64,000 nucleotides of DNA from Macrostomum lignano. Lineage: Eukaryota. A program made the position numbers and the translations under genes. Under the pieces are notes generated by a model. It was not told the origin of the DNA. It did no database searches and worked only from the letters and a program-made list of their open reading frames with translations. The DNA lies in NCBI GenBank assembly GCA_002269645.1, contig NIVC01001631.1:151886-215885 (forward strand), written 5' to 3'. Positions 48,635-61,900 of the stretch are shown here, in pieces. Numbering within the stretch: the stretch's first letter is position 1; each line of letters starts with the position of its first letter.

Positions 48635-51600
48635 ATGACTATGAGTGAATGTCTTAAAAGAGTATATTGCTTTGTAAAAACCCTACCACTTATTTTTATT
48701 ATCATTCTAATTGGATGGTCATACTATGCCTTTGTTGTTGCATTATGCATTAGTAAGTATATAAATAAATAGTATTTATTAGATAAAAGTGCTTGTTTAT
48801 TAATATAATATTAAGGAAAAATAAGCATTACTTAACATTATCCTTCATTTGTTTATTTTAGATTCTGTTCCTGCTGAAAAAGTTGGTGAAAAAGGTTTGT
48901 TATTAAAAACAAGCATTATAAGATACTTCTATTTTTTAACAAACTTAATTTTTTTAGCATTTCTATTTTGATATATTTCAATTGAAGGAATATTATATGC
49001 CATTTTTCCCTGCTCAACAAAAATAATTTTAGTGGCATTGATTATATTCTACCATGTGTTCTTTGGAATGTTTGTATGGTCATACATACAAACTATCATT
49101 GCAAGACCTAAAATACCACCAAAAGAAGTGAGTTAGTTCAATGAATAAATTTTTACTTTACAGTTATTGTAACAAATTTATGAATAATACTTATAATATA
49201 AAAATATTAAATTTAAATTCATATGCTACTTTTATATCCTCATATAATAATATTTGAAATTTTATTTGTTTACTTTCAAATCTATAGTTTCTCTTGTCAA
49301 ATGCGGAGTTTCTGGAGCATCAATCGAATTCTGAGGAACCTAGCAGACAAAGGGACCAGCTTTTGCGTATCATAGCTGACAAGCATCTGCCAGTGTTTAC
49401 CAGGGGCATGCAGAACTCAATTCGAGTTTGTCAAATCTGTCAGCTGATCAAGCCTGACAGAGCGCATCATTGTGCCACATGTGGAATGTGAGTTGACTTA
49501 GTTTTTCAAGATTACAAGCTGTGCAGTTCAATCTGATGATCTTACTATATTCTTGTTATTAAGACACTATTAACTATGGCATCCTTAACCTGACTAACAC
49601 CCCATTTAGTGCACCTCCCTTGACTGACACCCCATTTTAGTGCACCTCCCTTGACTGACACCCCATTTTAGTGCACCTCCCTTGAATGGCACCCCATTTT
49701 AGTGCCCCTCCCTTGAATGGCACCCCATTTTAGTGCCCCTCCCTTGATTGACATCCCGTTTTGGCTCCCTAACCTGACACCCAATTTTGGCTCCCCTCGC
49801 CTGACACCCCATTCTGGCTCCCCTCACCTGACACCCCATTGTGGCTCCCCTCACCTGACACCCATTGTGGCTCCCCCGCCTCCCCTCACCTGACACCCAA
49901 TTTTGGCTCCCCTCACCTGACACCCCATTGTGGCTCCCCTCAACTGACACCCATTGTGGCTCCCTCACCTGACACCTCATTTAAGCAACCTCATCTGACA
50001 CCTTCATCGTGGCTTCCCTCACCTGACACCCCATTGTGGCTTCCCTCACCTGACACCCCATTGTGGCTTCCCTCGTCTGACACCTATTTAGGCACCCTCA
50101 TCTGACCCCATTTAGGCACCCTCATCTGACACCCCATTGTGGCTTCCCTCACCTGACACCCCATTGTGGCTTCCCTCGTCTGACACCTATTTAGGCACCC
50201 TCATCTGACCCCATTTAGGCACCCTCATCTGACACCCCATTGTGGCTTCCCTCACCTGACACCCCATTGTGGCTTCCCTCGTCTGACACCTATTTAGGCA
50301 CCCTCATCTGACCCCATTTAGGCACCCTCATCTGACACCCCATTGTGGCTTCCCTCACCTGACACCCCATTGTGGCTTCCCTCGTCTGACACCTATTTAG
50401 GCACCCTCATCTGACCCCATTTAGGCACCCTCATCTGACACCCCATTGTGGCTTCCCTCACCTGACACCCCATTGTGGCTTCCCTCGTCTGACACCTATT
50501 TAGGCACCCTCATCTGACCCCATTTAGGCACCCTCATCTGACCCAATTTAGGCACCCTCATCTGACACCCCATTGTGGCTTCCCTCACCTGACACCCCAT
50601 TGTGGCTTCCCTCGTATGACACCTATTTAGGCACCCTCATCTTACCCCATTTAGGCACCCTCATCTGACACCCTCATCGTGGCTTCCCTCACCTGACACC
50701 CCTTTTAGGCACCCTCATCTGACACCCATTACGGTGTCCTTAAACCCAGCTCTGAAAAATGATAAAATTCTATCGTTCAAAATTCAAATTCAAGTCACTC
50801 AAATCAATTTTTACTAATTCAGATGTCTGCTTAAAATGGATCACCATTGCCCGTGGGTTAACAACTGTGTCGGATATCACAATTACAAATATTTTGTACT
50901 GTTTTTGCTCTATGGCGCCCTGTATTGCTGCTACACTGGCAGCGGGTCTGCAAAGTACTTTGTGGACTTTTGGATGGTAATATTTTCTATTATTGCTTCA
51001 TTGAGTTTTTGAATTTTATTGGGTATGTTTAATAATCAATCTCACCAACCACTTCAGGAGGGCGTATCAGATATCCAAGCCTTCCGTTTTCACGTCCTGT
51101 TTCTATTCTTTGCTGCCTGGATGTTCTGCATATCCCTGCTAGCCTTGGGCGGCTATCACCTGCACTTGGCCATGAGCAACCTCACCACCTTGGAGAGCTT
51201 CAGAGCACCGGTGCTGGCGGGCACCGGTGGCCCTGACAAACGGGCTTACAATGTTGGTGCTGCCAGAAACTTCTGCCAGGTGTTTGGTAACACCTGCTAC
51301 CTGTGGTTCCTGCCCGTGAGGAACTGGTGAGTTGTTGCTACATGTTTGGTTGGTTGCTGAGGAAGGGTTTTTGGAAGCTTAGTGGGATTTGAAATGGGGA
51401 GATTTGTGGATCCAAAGATGGGGAGATTTGTGGGTCCAAAGATGGGGAGATTTGTGGGTCCAAAAATGGGGAAATTTGTGGGGTTTGAAATAGAAATTAG
51501 GGAAAGTTTTGGGATTTAAAATGGGGATATTTGTGTGTTTGAAGTGGGGAGATTTGTGGGTCCAAAATAGGGGGATTTGTGTGTTTGAAATGGGGATATT

Positions 51601-53140
51601 TGTGTGTTTGAAGTGGGGAGATTTGTGGGTCCAAAATAGGGGGATTTGTGTGTTTGAAATGGGGATATTTGTGTGTTTTTAATAGGGAGATTTTTGTGAT
51701 TCGAAATGGGGAGATTTGTTTGTTTTTAATAGGGAGATTTGTATGATTTGAAATAGGGCGATTTGTGTAATCAAAAAGGGAAAATGTGGGATAAAATAAG
51801 AATAAATGTGGGATCAAATGGGAATAAATGTGGGATCAAAATGGGAATAAATGTGGGATCAAATGGGAATAAATGTGGGATCAAAATGGGAATAAATGTG
51901 GGATCAAAATGGGAATAAATGTGGGATCAAAATGGGAATAAATGTGGGATCAAATGGGAATAAATGTGGGATCAAAATGGGAATAAATGTGGGATCAAAA
52001 TGGGAATAAATGTGGGATCAAAATGGGAATAAATGTGGGATCAAAATGGGAATAAATGTGGGATCAAAATGGGAATAAATGTGGGATCAAAATGGGAATA
52101 AATGTGGGATCAAAATGGGAATAAATGTGGGATCAAAATGGGAATAAATGTGGGATCAAAATGGGAATAAATGTGGGATCAAAATGGGAATAAATGTGGG
52201 ATCAAAATGGGATAAATGTGGGATCAAAATGGGATAAATGTGGGATCAAAATGGGAATAAATGAGGGATTTTCGGCGGTGAAAAAAAGATTTTTAAGCGC
52301 ATCTTAGATTAGCTTTGGTTAAAAGCAGAAAAGAATAAATTTGAATTACCGAATAGGTAATTATTGCATTAAAAATCATTTATCTCGCAGGCAAACGGAC
52401 GGCATCAATTGGCAGCACAGAGCCAGCTACAGTCCGGGACAGCAGAGCTATGCGAGCATGGAATCCGGTCATGCCGAGTGAGTGATACTACTTACAAGGC
52501 TTCGTGCCCCCCCCCCCCTTCAGCAGGCTTGGTGCCCCCCCCTTCCAGCAGGCTTGGTGCCCCCCTTCCAGAAGGCTTGGTGCCCCCCCCTTCCAGAAGG
52601 CTTGGTGCCCCCCCCTTCCAGCAGGCTTGGTGCCCCCCCCTTCCAGCAGGCTTGGTGCCCCCTTCCAGAAGGCTTGGTGCCCCCCCCTTCCAGAAGGCTT
52701 GGTGCCCCCCCCCCTTCCAGCAGGCTTGGTGCCCCCCCCTTCCAGCAGGCTTGGTGCCCCCTTCCAGAAGGCTTGGTGCCCCCCCCCCCTTCCAGAAGGC
52801 TTGGTGCCCCCCTTCCAGCAGGCTTGGTGCCCCCCTTCCAGCAGGCTTGGTGCCCCCCCTCCAGCAGGCTTGGTGCCTCCCCCTCCAGCAGGCTTGGTGC
52901 CCCCTTCCAGCAGGCTTGGTGCCCCCCTTCCAGCAGGCTTGGTGCCCCCCCCCTCCAGCAGGCTTGGTGCCTCCCCCTCCAGCAGGCTTGGTGCCCCCCC
53001 CCTCCAGCAGGCTTGGTGCCCCCCCCCCCCTCCAGCAGGCTTGGTGCCCTGAGCCAATTGCCTCCATCCCAATCAGAAATCCTGACTATAAGCTCCTGAG
53101 TGACTCTAGCTGTTCTAGGGCAACTCTAGTGACTTTTTAA
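48635..53140 (+). CDS. ZDHHC2/15/20: DHHC palmitoyltransferase, ZDHHC2/15/20 family; complete, 8 exons, ~339 aa
   Basis: Exons 48635-48752, 48862-48894, 49033-49127, 49288-49487, 50823-50976, 51058-51326, 52391-52477, 53077-53140, all phases consistent; motifs [55 protein letters not shown]. Confidence 0.95.
49590..50745. repeat. 24-27-bp minisatellite with 103-bp four-monomer higher-order repeat
   Basis: GGCTTCCCTCACC recurs at 50038, 50141, 50244, 50347 and 50450. Confidence 0.9.
51380..52265. repeat. Composite minisatellites ending in a 23-bp GGGAATAAATGTGGGATCAAAAT array
   Basis: Direct inspection. Confidence 0.9.
52505..53048. repeat. Minisatellite TTCCAG(C/A)AGGCTTGGTG(C)n with variable C run
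   Basis: Fills the last ZDHHC intron. Confidence 0.92.
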
Positions 53141-53293
53141 CGACTCAAACGACTGTAATGCAACACATCAGAAGCGATTGTTGAGTTCCGGGGAGTTGCA
53201 GAATCGGTAAAAAGTCGTTCAAAAGTTATTGTGTTAACGCTGAAGTTTCTACTAACTTACTACTAGATGCGAAATGCAATTCTAATTCATTAA

Positions 53294-53351
53294 GTTGACG
53301 CACATGCGCTTTAGACAGCAGGCTTGGTGTCCAAAGCGCATGTGCGTCAAC
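53294..53351. other. 24-bp inverted repeat (hairpin) downstream of the ZDHHC stop
   Basis: GTTGACGCACATGCGCTTTAGACA-GCAGGCTTGG-TGTCCAAAGCGCATGTGCGTCAAC, one mismatch. Confidence 0.85.
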
Positions 53352-53644
53352 CTATTGATTGACACATATGCGCACATGACGCATTTCAACCTATTGAACT
53401 TGCAGCAGTCCATCGAGAACGCCAATTGAAAAGCAGCAACTGGTGCCAACCTCAACCAGCGGTCGAGCCGATCAAGTCTGGCCAGAATCGGAGACGCAAT
53501 AATAAACACGCTTAAATACTACTTATTTTTATTAACAATTTTGAGTAGTACGATCGCGCGTGATTGTAAACTAATGCAAAAAATTGTAGGTGTGTATTCT
53601 TGAAATTGGGAACATTTTCTGTTATTTTTTGGTAGTTAAATTAG

Positions 53645-54050
53645 AAAATATTAGGCAACCTTAAATTAGGATTTGTAATTAGGCAGCCTCAATTAGGGGT
53701 TTATTTCAATTAGAATCTGTAATTAGGCAGCCTCAATTAGGGTGTTTATTACATTAGAATCTGTAATTAGGCGCCCTCAATTAGGGGGTTTATTAAATTA
53801 GGATCTGTAATTAGGCGCCCTCAATTAGGGTGTTTATTACATTAGGATCTGTAATTAGGCAACCTCAATTAGGGGTTTATTACAATTAGAATCTGTAATT
53901 AGGCAACCTCAATTAGGAGTTTTATGAAATTAGGATTTGTAATTAGGCAGCCTCAATTAGGGGGTTTATTAAATTAGGATTTGTAATTAGGCGGCATCAG
54001 CTGGGGGTTTTATTACATTAGGATCTGTAATTAGGCAACCTCAATTAGGT
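53645..54050. repeat. ~44-bp minisatellite built from AATTAGG subrepeats
   Basis: Direct inspection. Confidence 0.85.
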
Positions 54051-55598
54051 GTCGTGCCGTATCCAGTTTGCAGCATTGACAAATTCACCTGTTAGTCTTC
54101 CTCTAAATCGGTTTCAGCATATTTCGCACAAAGAGTCTGTGTTAATTTTTATTTTAATTTTTGTTGATTTATTTTTTTAACAACCCAATGATAATCTATT
54201 AAAATATTATTATGTACTTTAATCTGGTCACTAAATTGCTTGTCAAAGTAGCGTCTTTTTGTTTTAATGTTAAATATTGATATTTTTTCTACAAAAAATC
54301 ATTGTGCTTTGGTATTTTTGTAGGTTTTCTTCTCTGGCTATTGGCTTTAGTAATTTATAAAAATGCATAAATTAACTGCATGTATTGTATATTGAATTAA
54401 TCTATTATGGTGACATATGCCTACAATGAACACACAACCTCTGTGCCTATTTTACTTTAACTGCTAATTATTACTGCTGCTAATAATAATACACGGTTTT
54501 TGTTCGAATTCTTAGAAGTAAATAAAAATAATTAAACAAAATAACATAATTAAAATTATTTTGTATCGTTAGTCAATAAGTGTTGCTTTCTTAATCAGGG
54601 CTTCTATTTTATTAGTAAAAATTGCAAAATTAAAATTTGATTATGTATTGAGATTAAAATACGAATTTTGAATTTTTGCTATTCTAAAGATTGACAGTTT
54701 TGGGGTGTGATGGAAAAATTCCCACAGAGGAGATTGAAAACTCGCTTCAGGGATAGTGAAAAATTCTATCTAAAAATCAATTCAAAAATTACATAGAGTA
54801 GATACTGGAAACTCCCATTTAAAGATTGTGGAACATTCCATTTGGAGTATACTGGAAAATTCCATTTAGGAATATTATAAAATTCCATCTAAAAGAAAAT
54901 CTCAGGAGTAGTGAAAGATTGCATAATTAGTAAGAGAAGTTTTCTCCTTCACTAAAGAAGGCTTTGCTAAGTGACTGATCAATAACTTTATTAAAAAGGA
55001 TTTCTTTAAACAAATTTGGATAACATTGCACAGAGCGGGTTGTACAAACACCAATAGTCATTAGAAAGTATAAGTGATAAATATGAATACGACAGAATAA
55101 CACTGTAGTTAAACAAATATAAAACAAATAATTAACCGACTAGATTAAGTTTTGACAACAAAATCAAATTAAAGCAAAAAGCATCACAGACTAAAGGTAA
55201 ATAATAATATTGGTAAAATTGATTGCTTTGGAACGAACCTGATTAAACTCGCGCGAAAAACGGACACAACAAAACAAAATTCTAGGAAATATTTATGAGC
55301 AAAAACGCTACACGATCGGAGGGGGGGGGCTAAATTTCACAGCTACAAAATAACAATTCGTTCAATTTTGCAGATAAAAAATCTGAACGACAAGCAACGG
55401 AAATGATTAATTTTCTAACTGCACTACTTACTAAATCTACTGTAAGTAGCCAAGTAGCAAATGTGTTCGTAATAATTTGCGGAAATGTGAGAAAATGTTA
55501 AGTTAAACAATCGCGGTGACTAGAAAGAGGAAAATAGAACTGTTCAAGCTCTTTTATTAGATGTGTATTTTCACGCAAATAATAAAATCTCCCAATTT

Positions 55599-55861
55599 CT
55601 AATGCACGTCGTCCTCGTCCCATTCCTCGTCCTCCTCCCGGACCCGGGCCTGTGCTAGCAGCGGCCGGTGCTGGGCGGTCGGCACCGCAGTCGCCGAACT
55701 GACGCCCTGCACATCGTCTCCGTTCACCGCCGAAGAAGAAGACGTGATTCGCTGACGCAACGCCCTCAAGATTGCGTCCAAATCTGTGTCGAGTTTCGAT
55801 TCCAGTCGGGTCAGGTGCGACTCCAGGCAGGCCACTTTTGCGTAGAGCGACTCCAGAGAGA

Positions 55862-55921
<60 letters not shown>

Positions 55922-58900
55922 ACGGCAGATAAGACGAGGTCACGGATGCTTGATGGTGAACGGTGGCAGGCGTTACTATGGTGGTGGCCTGCGTGTCCTG
56001 ACTGTGACTGCTTGCCTGCGGAATTGCGGGGCTTCTATTGATTAGTGAGCGGATTGGTGCTGAAGGGGCGGATTTAGAGAGCGGGTTTTGGGGGCGGATT
56101 TAAAGAGCGGGTTTTGGGGGGGCGGATTTAAAGAGCGGGTTTTGGGGGGGGCGGATTTAAAGAGCGGGTTTTGGGGGGGGCGGATTTAAAGAGCGGGTTT
56201 TGGGGGGGCGGATTTAAAGAGCGGGTTTTGGGGGGGCGGATTTAAAGAGCGGGTTTTGGGGGGCGGATTTAAAGAGCGGGTTTTGGGGGGGGGCGGATTT
56301 AAAGAGCGGGTTTTGGGGGGGGCGGATTTAAAGAAGGGGTTTTGGGGGGGCGGATTTAAAGAGCGGGTTTTGGGGGGGGCGGATTTAAAGAGCGGGTTTT
56401 GGGGGGCGGATTTAAAGAGCGGGTTTTGGGGGCGGATTCACGCAAAGAACCCTGTGACAACTCACCTGGCTGACGGAACGCATCTGGCCAAACACCTGCT
56501 GCAGGGTGCTGACAGCCCTCTGTGAGATGCCTCCTCCGCCTCCTCCGGCGCCACCAAAGTCCAGATTGGCCGGGGTGACATCCTGTCCGGCTTTGTCCGG
56601 AGAGAACTCCAGAATGCCCGCGCCGGAACTGCAGCCGATGGCAGCTGCGGCAGCTGCGGCTGAGGAGGCGGCTGGCTCAGGGGGGTCTGGCCATAGACTG
56701 CGGAGGGCCGGACCGGCGCCCCACTGCCGCTGCCCCGCCGGCGCCCCCTCTGTAGGAGGCCGACAAAGAGTAGGACGGACCGAGAGGTCGTTTGCGAGAG
56801 CCGAGGTTCAATGAGGCGTGGAGTTGCTGCTGCTGTTGTTGAGATTTCCTCGAACTGCTTCGGGATAAAGCTTCAGGCCCGATTCTCTCGTTTGGATCCG
56901 CTGTTGACGGGGTGTAGCCTGCGGTTGGAATTGCATTGCACTTTGTGAAGTAGCGGATTTTTGGGGAGGTCAGTTGACCCACTGTATTATCTAGGGAGGT
57001 CAGTTGACCCACTGTATTAACAAAGGAGGTCAATTGACTCACTGTATTATCTAGGGAGGTCAATTGACTCACTGTATTATCTAGGGAGGTCAGTTGACCC
57101 ACTGTATCATCTAGGGAGGTCATTTGACCCACTGTACTAGCTAGGGAGGTCAGTTGACCCACTGTATTATCTAGGGAGGTCAGTTGACCCACTGTATTAA
57201 AAAAGTAGGTCAATTGACCCACTGTATTATCTAGGGAGGTCAGTTGACCCACTGTATTATCTAGGGAGGTCAGTTGACCCTCTGGGGTCCTGGGAGGTAA
57301 TTTGATCCTATGGGTCGGCTGACTGCTTTGGTTCCTGTGGAAGTCAGTTGACTCCCTGGGATTGTGAGGAGGTCAGTTGACTCCCTGGTGCTGTGGCGAG
57401 GGTCGCTTGGCCCTCTAGGTTGGTGAGGAGGTTAGTTAACCCTCTGGGTCATGAGGAAGTCAGATACCTCACTGAGGCTGTAGGAAGATCAGTTGACCCT
57501 CTGGGTTCCTGGGGAGGTCCGTTGACCTCTGGGATCATAGGGAGGTCAGCTTTGCCCCCAGATTGCGCCAGAGGTCAATTTTACACACTTACATGTAAGC
57601 TACAAAACAGAATAATGCGGAGTCATTGAAGCTGGGATGACCCCTGACCCCCCCCTGATCGCGACCTCACCTCTAGCGGTGACGGCACTGGACAGCTCCT
57701 CGTCCCTCAAGTCGAAGGTGATCTCCATATTCCTATTAAAATAGTCCGCAAACGCTGGGTACATATCGAAGGTCTCCAACAGGTCGTCGCGATGGATTTT
57801 GTGCAGATCGCAGTACGTCAGCGCCCTGACATTGCACTTGGACTTGCCCACGGTTTCGAACTGGCAGGGCATCTCTCCGAATACGTCGTCTTTGCCGAGT
57901 ATGGCGAGCACCGTGTCATCCTTCAGGATCTCGATGCTGCCCCTGTGAAGTTCGAGAGGGATGAGGAGGTGTCAGTGAGGGTGTCAGTGAGGGTGTCAGG
58001 GAATTGTCAGTGAGGGTGTCAGTGAGGGTGTCAGGGAGTTGTCAGTGAGGGTGTCAGGGAGTTGTCAGTGAGGGTGTCAGGGAATTGTCAGTGAGGGTGT
58101 CAGTGAGGGTGTCAGGGAATTGTCAGTGAGGGTGTCAGTGAGGGTGTCAGTGAGGGTGTCAGTGAGGGTGTCAGTGAGGATGTCAGTGAGGGTGTCAGTG
58201 AGGGTGTCAGTGAGGATGTCAGTGAGGGTGTCAGTGAGGGTGTCAGTGAGGGTGTCGGTGATCAGTGAGGGTGTCAGTAATGTCAGTGAGGGTGTCAGTG
58301 AGGGTGTCGGTGATCAGTGAGGGTGTCAGTAATGTCAGTGAGGATGTCAGCAAGGCCACACACCTGGCCACAAAGTACAGCGCATTGAGGATGTCGCCCC
58401 TGTGCACCAGGATGTCCCCGGGGGGCACGTGGGTGGACTTGAACTTGAGCGACAGAGTCCGCAGACAGCCGGGGCTGGCTTCCCTGAAGGCGGGGCAGTT
58501 CTTCAGCAGGTTGCGGTTCAGGTGAAGGCAGATGTCGGCCTGCAGGCACTCCGGGAAGCCCTTGAGCACCAGGTTCATGTCGATGCCGTTGGTGTAGGAC
58601 CAGGCGTGCTGGAAGTACTCCTCCAGGCGCTGGCGCAGCGGGTTGGGGATCTGGTGGAAGCGGATGAACTCCCGCACCCTCAGCATCTGGGTGTGGTAGC
58701 GCGCGGTGCCGCTGTACAGCCGCTGGATGATGGCGGAGACGTTGCCGAAGATGCTGGCGTACATCAGGCTGCCGATGAGCATCACGCAGATGCTGAACAC
58801 CTTCTCCATGTTCGTGTTGGGTGACACGTTGCCGAAGCCCACGGAGGTCAGGCTGGAGAAGGTGAAGTACAGCGCCGTGATGTACTTCGATTTGAGGCTG

Positions 58901-61900
58901 GGGCCAGAGTTCGTGTCGCTCAGGTTGTAGTGCTGGTGAGTCTGCCGGGGCGGTTCGAGTGGGGGTGGCTTTGATTGGCTGAGAGACAGAGGGTGAGACG
59001 GAGGGTGAGACAGACAGAAGGTGAGAGAGAGGGTGAGACAGAGGGTGAGACAGACAAAGGGTGAGACAGACAGAGGGTGAGACAGACAGAGGGTGAGACA
59101 GACAGAGGGTGAGACAGACAGAGGATAAGACAGACAGTGGGTGAGACAGACAGAGGTTGAGACAGACAGAGAGTGAGACAGACAGAGTGAGACAGACAAA
59201 GGGTGAGACTGACAGAGGGTGAGACAGACAGAGGGTGAGACAGACAGAGGGTGAGACAGACAGAGGATAAGACAGACAGTGGGTGAGACAGACAGAGGTT
59301 GAGACAGACAGAGTGAGACAGACAGAGGGTGAGACTGACAGAGGGTGAGACAGCGTGTGAGACGGAGGGTGAGACAGACAGAAGGTGAGAGAGAGGGTGA
59401 GACAGACAGAGGGTGAGACAGAGGGTAAGACAGGGAAAGAATAAGACAGCGAATTAAGTATTCATTTTTTGGAAATTAATCAGAAAAATTCACACTTTCT
59501 ACTTTAAGTAGCTTACCGTTACTTTTAACAATGTAAAATAAAAAACTATCAATAATAGTGAACAGGCAAAAAGTCCCACCTGGTCAGCCAGCTGGTCCAA
59601 CCAGCCGATTTTCTGTTGCAACGAGGGCCTTTCAATGTTGCCGATGGCGTACCAGATGCAGGCCAGCCAATGAGCGATCAGGGCGAAGGTCGCCATGAGC
59701 AGCAGCAGCACAGCGGCTCCGTACTCTGAGTAGCGGTCCAGCTTTCGGGCGACTCGGACCAGACGGAGCAGTCGGGCAGTTTTCAGTAGCCCGATCAGAG
59801 TGGTTGGCTGCCGGGGTGGGTGCGGGATTCAATCTTACCCTATGAGAAATGGATGATTTCTAAGAAATCTCACCCTATAAGAAAAGGACAATTTCTAAGA
59901 AATCTCACTCAATGAGAAAAGGACAATTTCTAAGAAATCTCACCCTATAAGAAAAGGACAATTTCTAAGAAATCTCACTCAATGAGAAAAGGACAATTTC
60001 TAAGAAATCTTACTCAATGAGAAATGGACAATTTCTAAGAAATCTCACTCAATGAGAAAAGGACAATTTCTAAGAAATCTTACTCAATGAGAAAAGGACA
60101 ATTTCTAAGAAATCTCACTCAATGAGAAATGGACAATTTCTAAGAAATCTCACTCAATGAGAAATGGACAATTTGTAAGAAATCTCACTCAATGAGAAAT
60201 GGACAATTTCTAAGAAATCTCACTCAATGAGAAATGGACAATTTGTAAGAAATCTCACCCAATGAGAAACGGACAATTTCTAAGAAATCTCACTCAATGA
60301 GAAATGGACAATTTGTAAGAAATCTCACTCAATGAGAAATGGACAATTTCTAAGAAATCTCACTCAATGAGAAATGGACAATTTGTAAGAAATCTCACCC
60401 TATGAGAAATGGACAATTTCTAAGAAATCTCACTCAATGAGAAATGGACAATTTCTAAGAAATCTCACCCAATGAGAAACGGACAATTTCTAATAAATCT
60501 CACCCAATGAAAAACGGACAATTTCTAAAAGTTTCACTCAATGAGAAATGGACAATTTCTAAGAAATCTCATTCAATGAGAAATGGACAATTTCTAAGAA
60601 ATCGCACCCTTCAAGAAATCTCAAAGCTCAAGTCTCATGATAATCAAGCTTATTAGATTATCAAGCAAAGCGAATTTCTCACCTCGTCAGTCTCGGAGCC
60701 CCAGAGCAGCAGATCAAAGGGAATCGCCGCTACTACATCAATGAGGAACCAGCCTTTGAAATAGTGCACGGCTATGCGACCCGGATGCGAGACTACTTCG
60801 TCATTTTTGTTCACGTAGGTGGTGCGAAAGTTGATCAGGATGTCCACGATGAACATGACGTCAACAAGGATGTCAATGACGGCCAGTGGGTCAGTGTAGT
60901 CCAAATTGTGCTGGTATTTCTGCGCGAAAAAGAATTTCATAAATTTTATTTTATTAGCTATTGATAATTAATAAAAGTCTAAGAAATAAAAGTTTAGCTA
61001 CTATTAGTAGAAATATAAGAAGTCTTTCAAATTTAGGAAAATGCATCAAGAATTGCTTATCACTGCATTTAAGCTGAAACGTAAGAAAAATCGATTATAA
61101 AAGCAAGCGCTAATTTAGCTACTGTAAGTAGAAATGTCAGAAAAGTACTATTAAAACAGTGAACTTTTTTAAAACAAAAATGCTTTTTGGCTACTGCAAG
61201 TAAAAATATAAGAAAAATACAATCTTAATTAAAGGCAATTAAAAAAGTAATAGAAAACTGACTAACCTTTTTTCTTTTCTCTTCATCGTTGAGCAGGAAG
61301 GCGGCCACATAGGGTGTGAAGATGGCCGTGTAGATTACCAGAATCAGGATCAGCCAGTCCCACACAGCTTTGAACGGTGAGTAGTGCAGAATGGTGCACC
61401 TGTGAATCCTGGGCGACTGCAGTTTGTACTCTGGCAAAATGTCCGCTCCGAGAGACAGCATCTGGAAATTTAGGTTCAAAAATGGTTGCTACTTTTCTAT
61501 TTGTGCGTATTTTATTTCTTAGAAATCGGCTTAATTAAACAAACCGCCACGAAATGATATCTGATAGAAGCATTCTCAAGTGACCGTAAAGAATAAAAAA
61601 TAATAATAAATTTAGTATTGAAAACTGTTGAAAATTTTGTAAGCCATTCAAAACAGAAACTTATTCAATTTTTTCCAAGACTCATAGATTTAAACAAAAC
61701 AAGGAATTAAAAAAATTAACTCTCTTTTCAAATCTAAATGATTCATGCAGGAAATTTCCTAAAATAATTCATATTAAAACATCCTGTCGGCAAGGATTTT
61801 AAAATATAAATTGAAAATGAATATTTGTTAAACCTATTTTAGATTTTCTCGCACGGATTCAAACTGACAATATTTTAGTGCGCAAACCAAAGAATAGAAA

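Noticed and set aside
52409-53075. Pro-rich ORFs in ZDHHC
   Set aside because: Intronic minisatellite between exons 52391-52477 and 53077-53140
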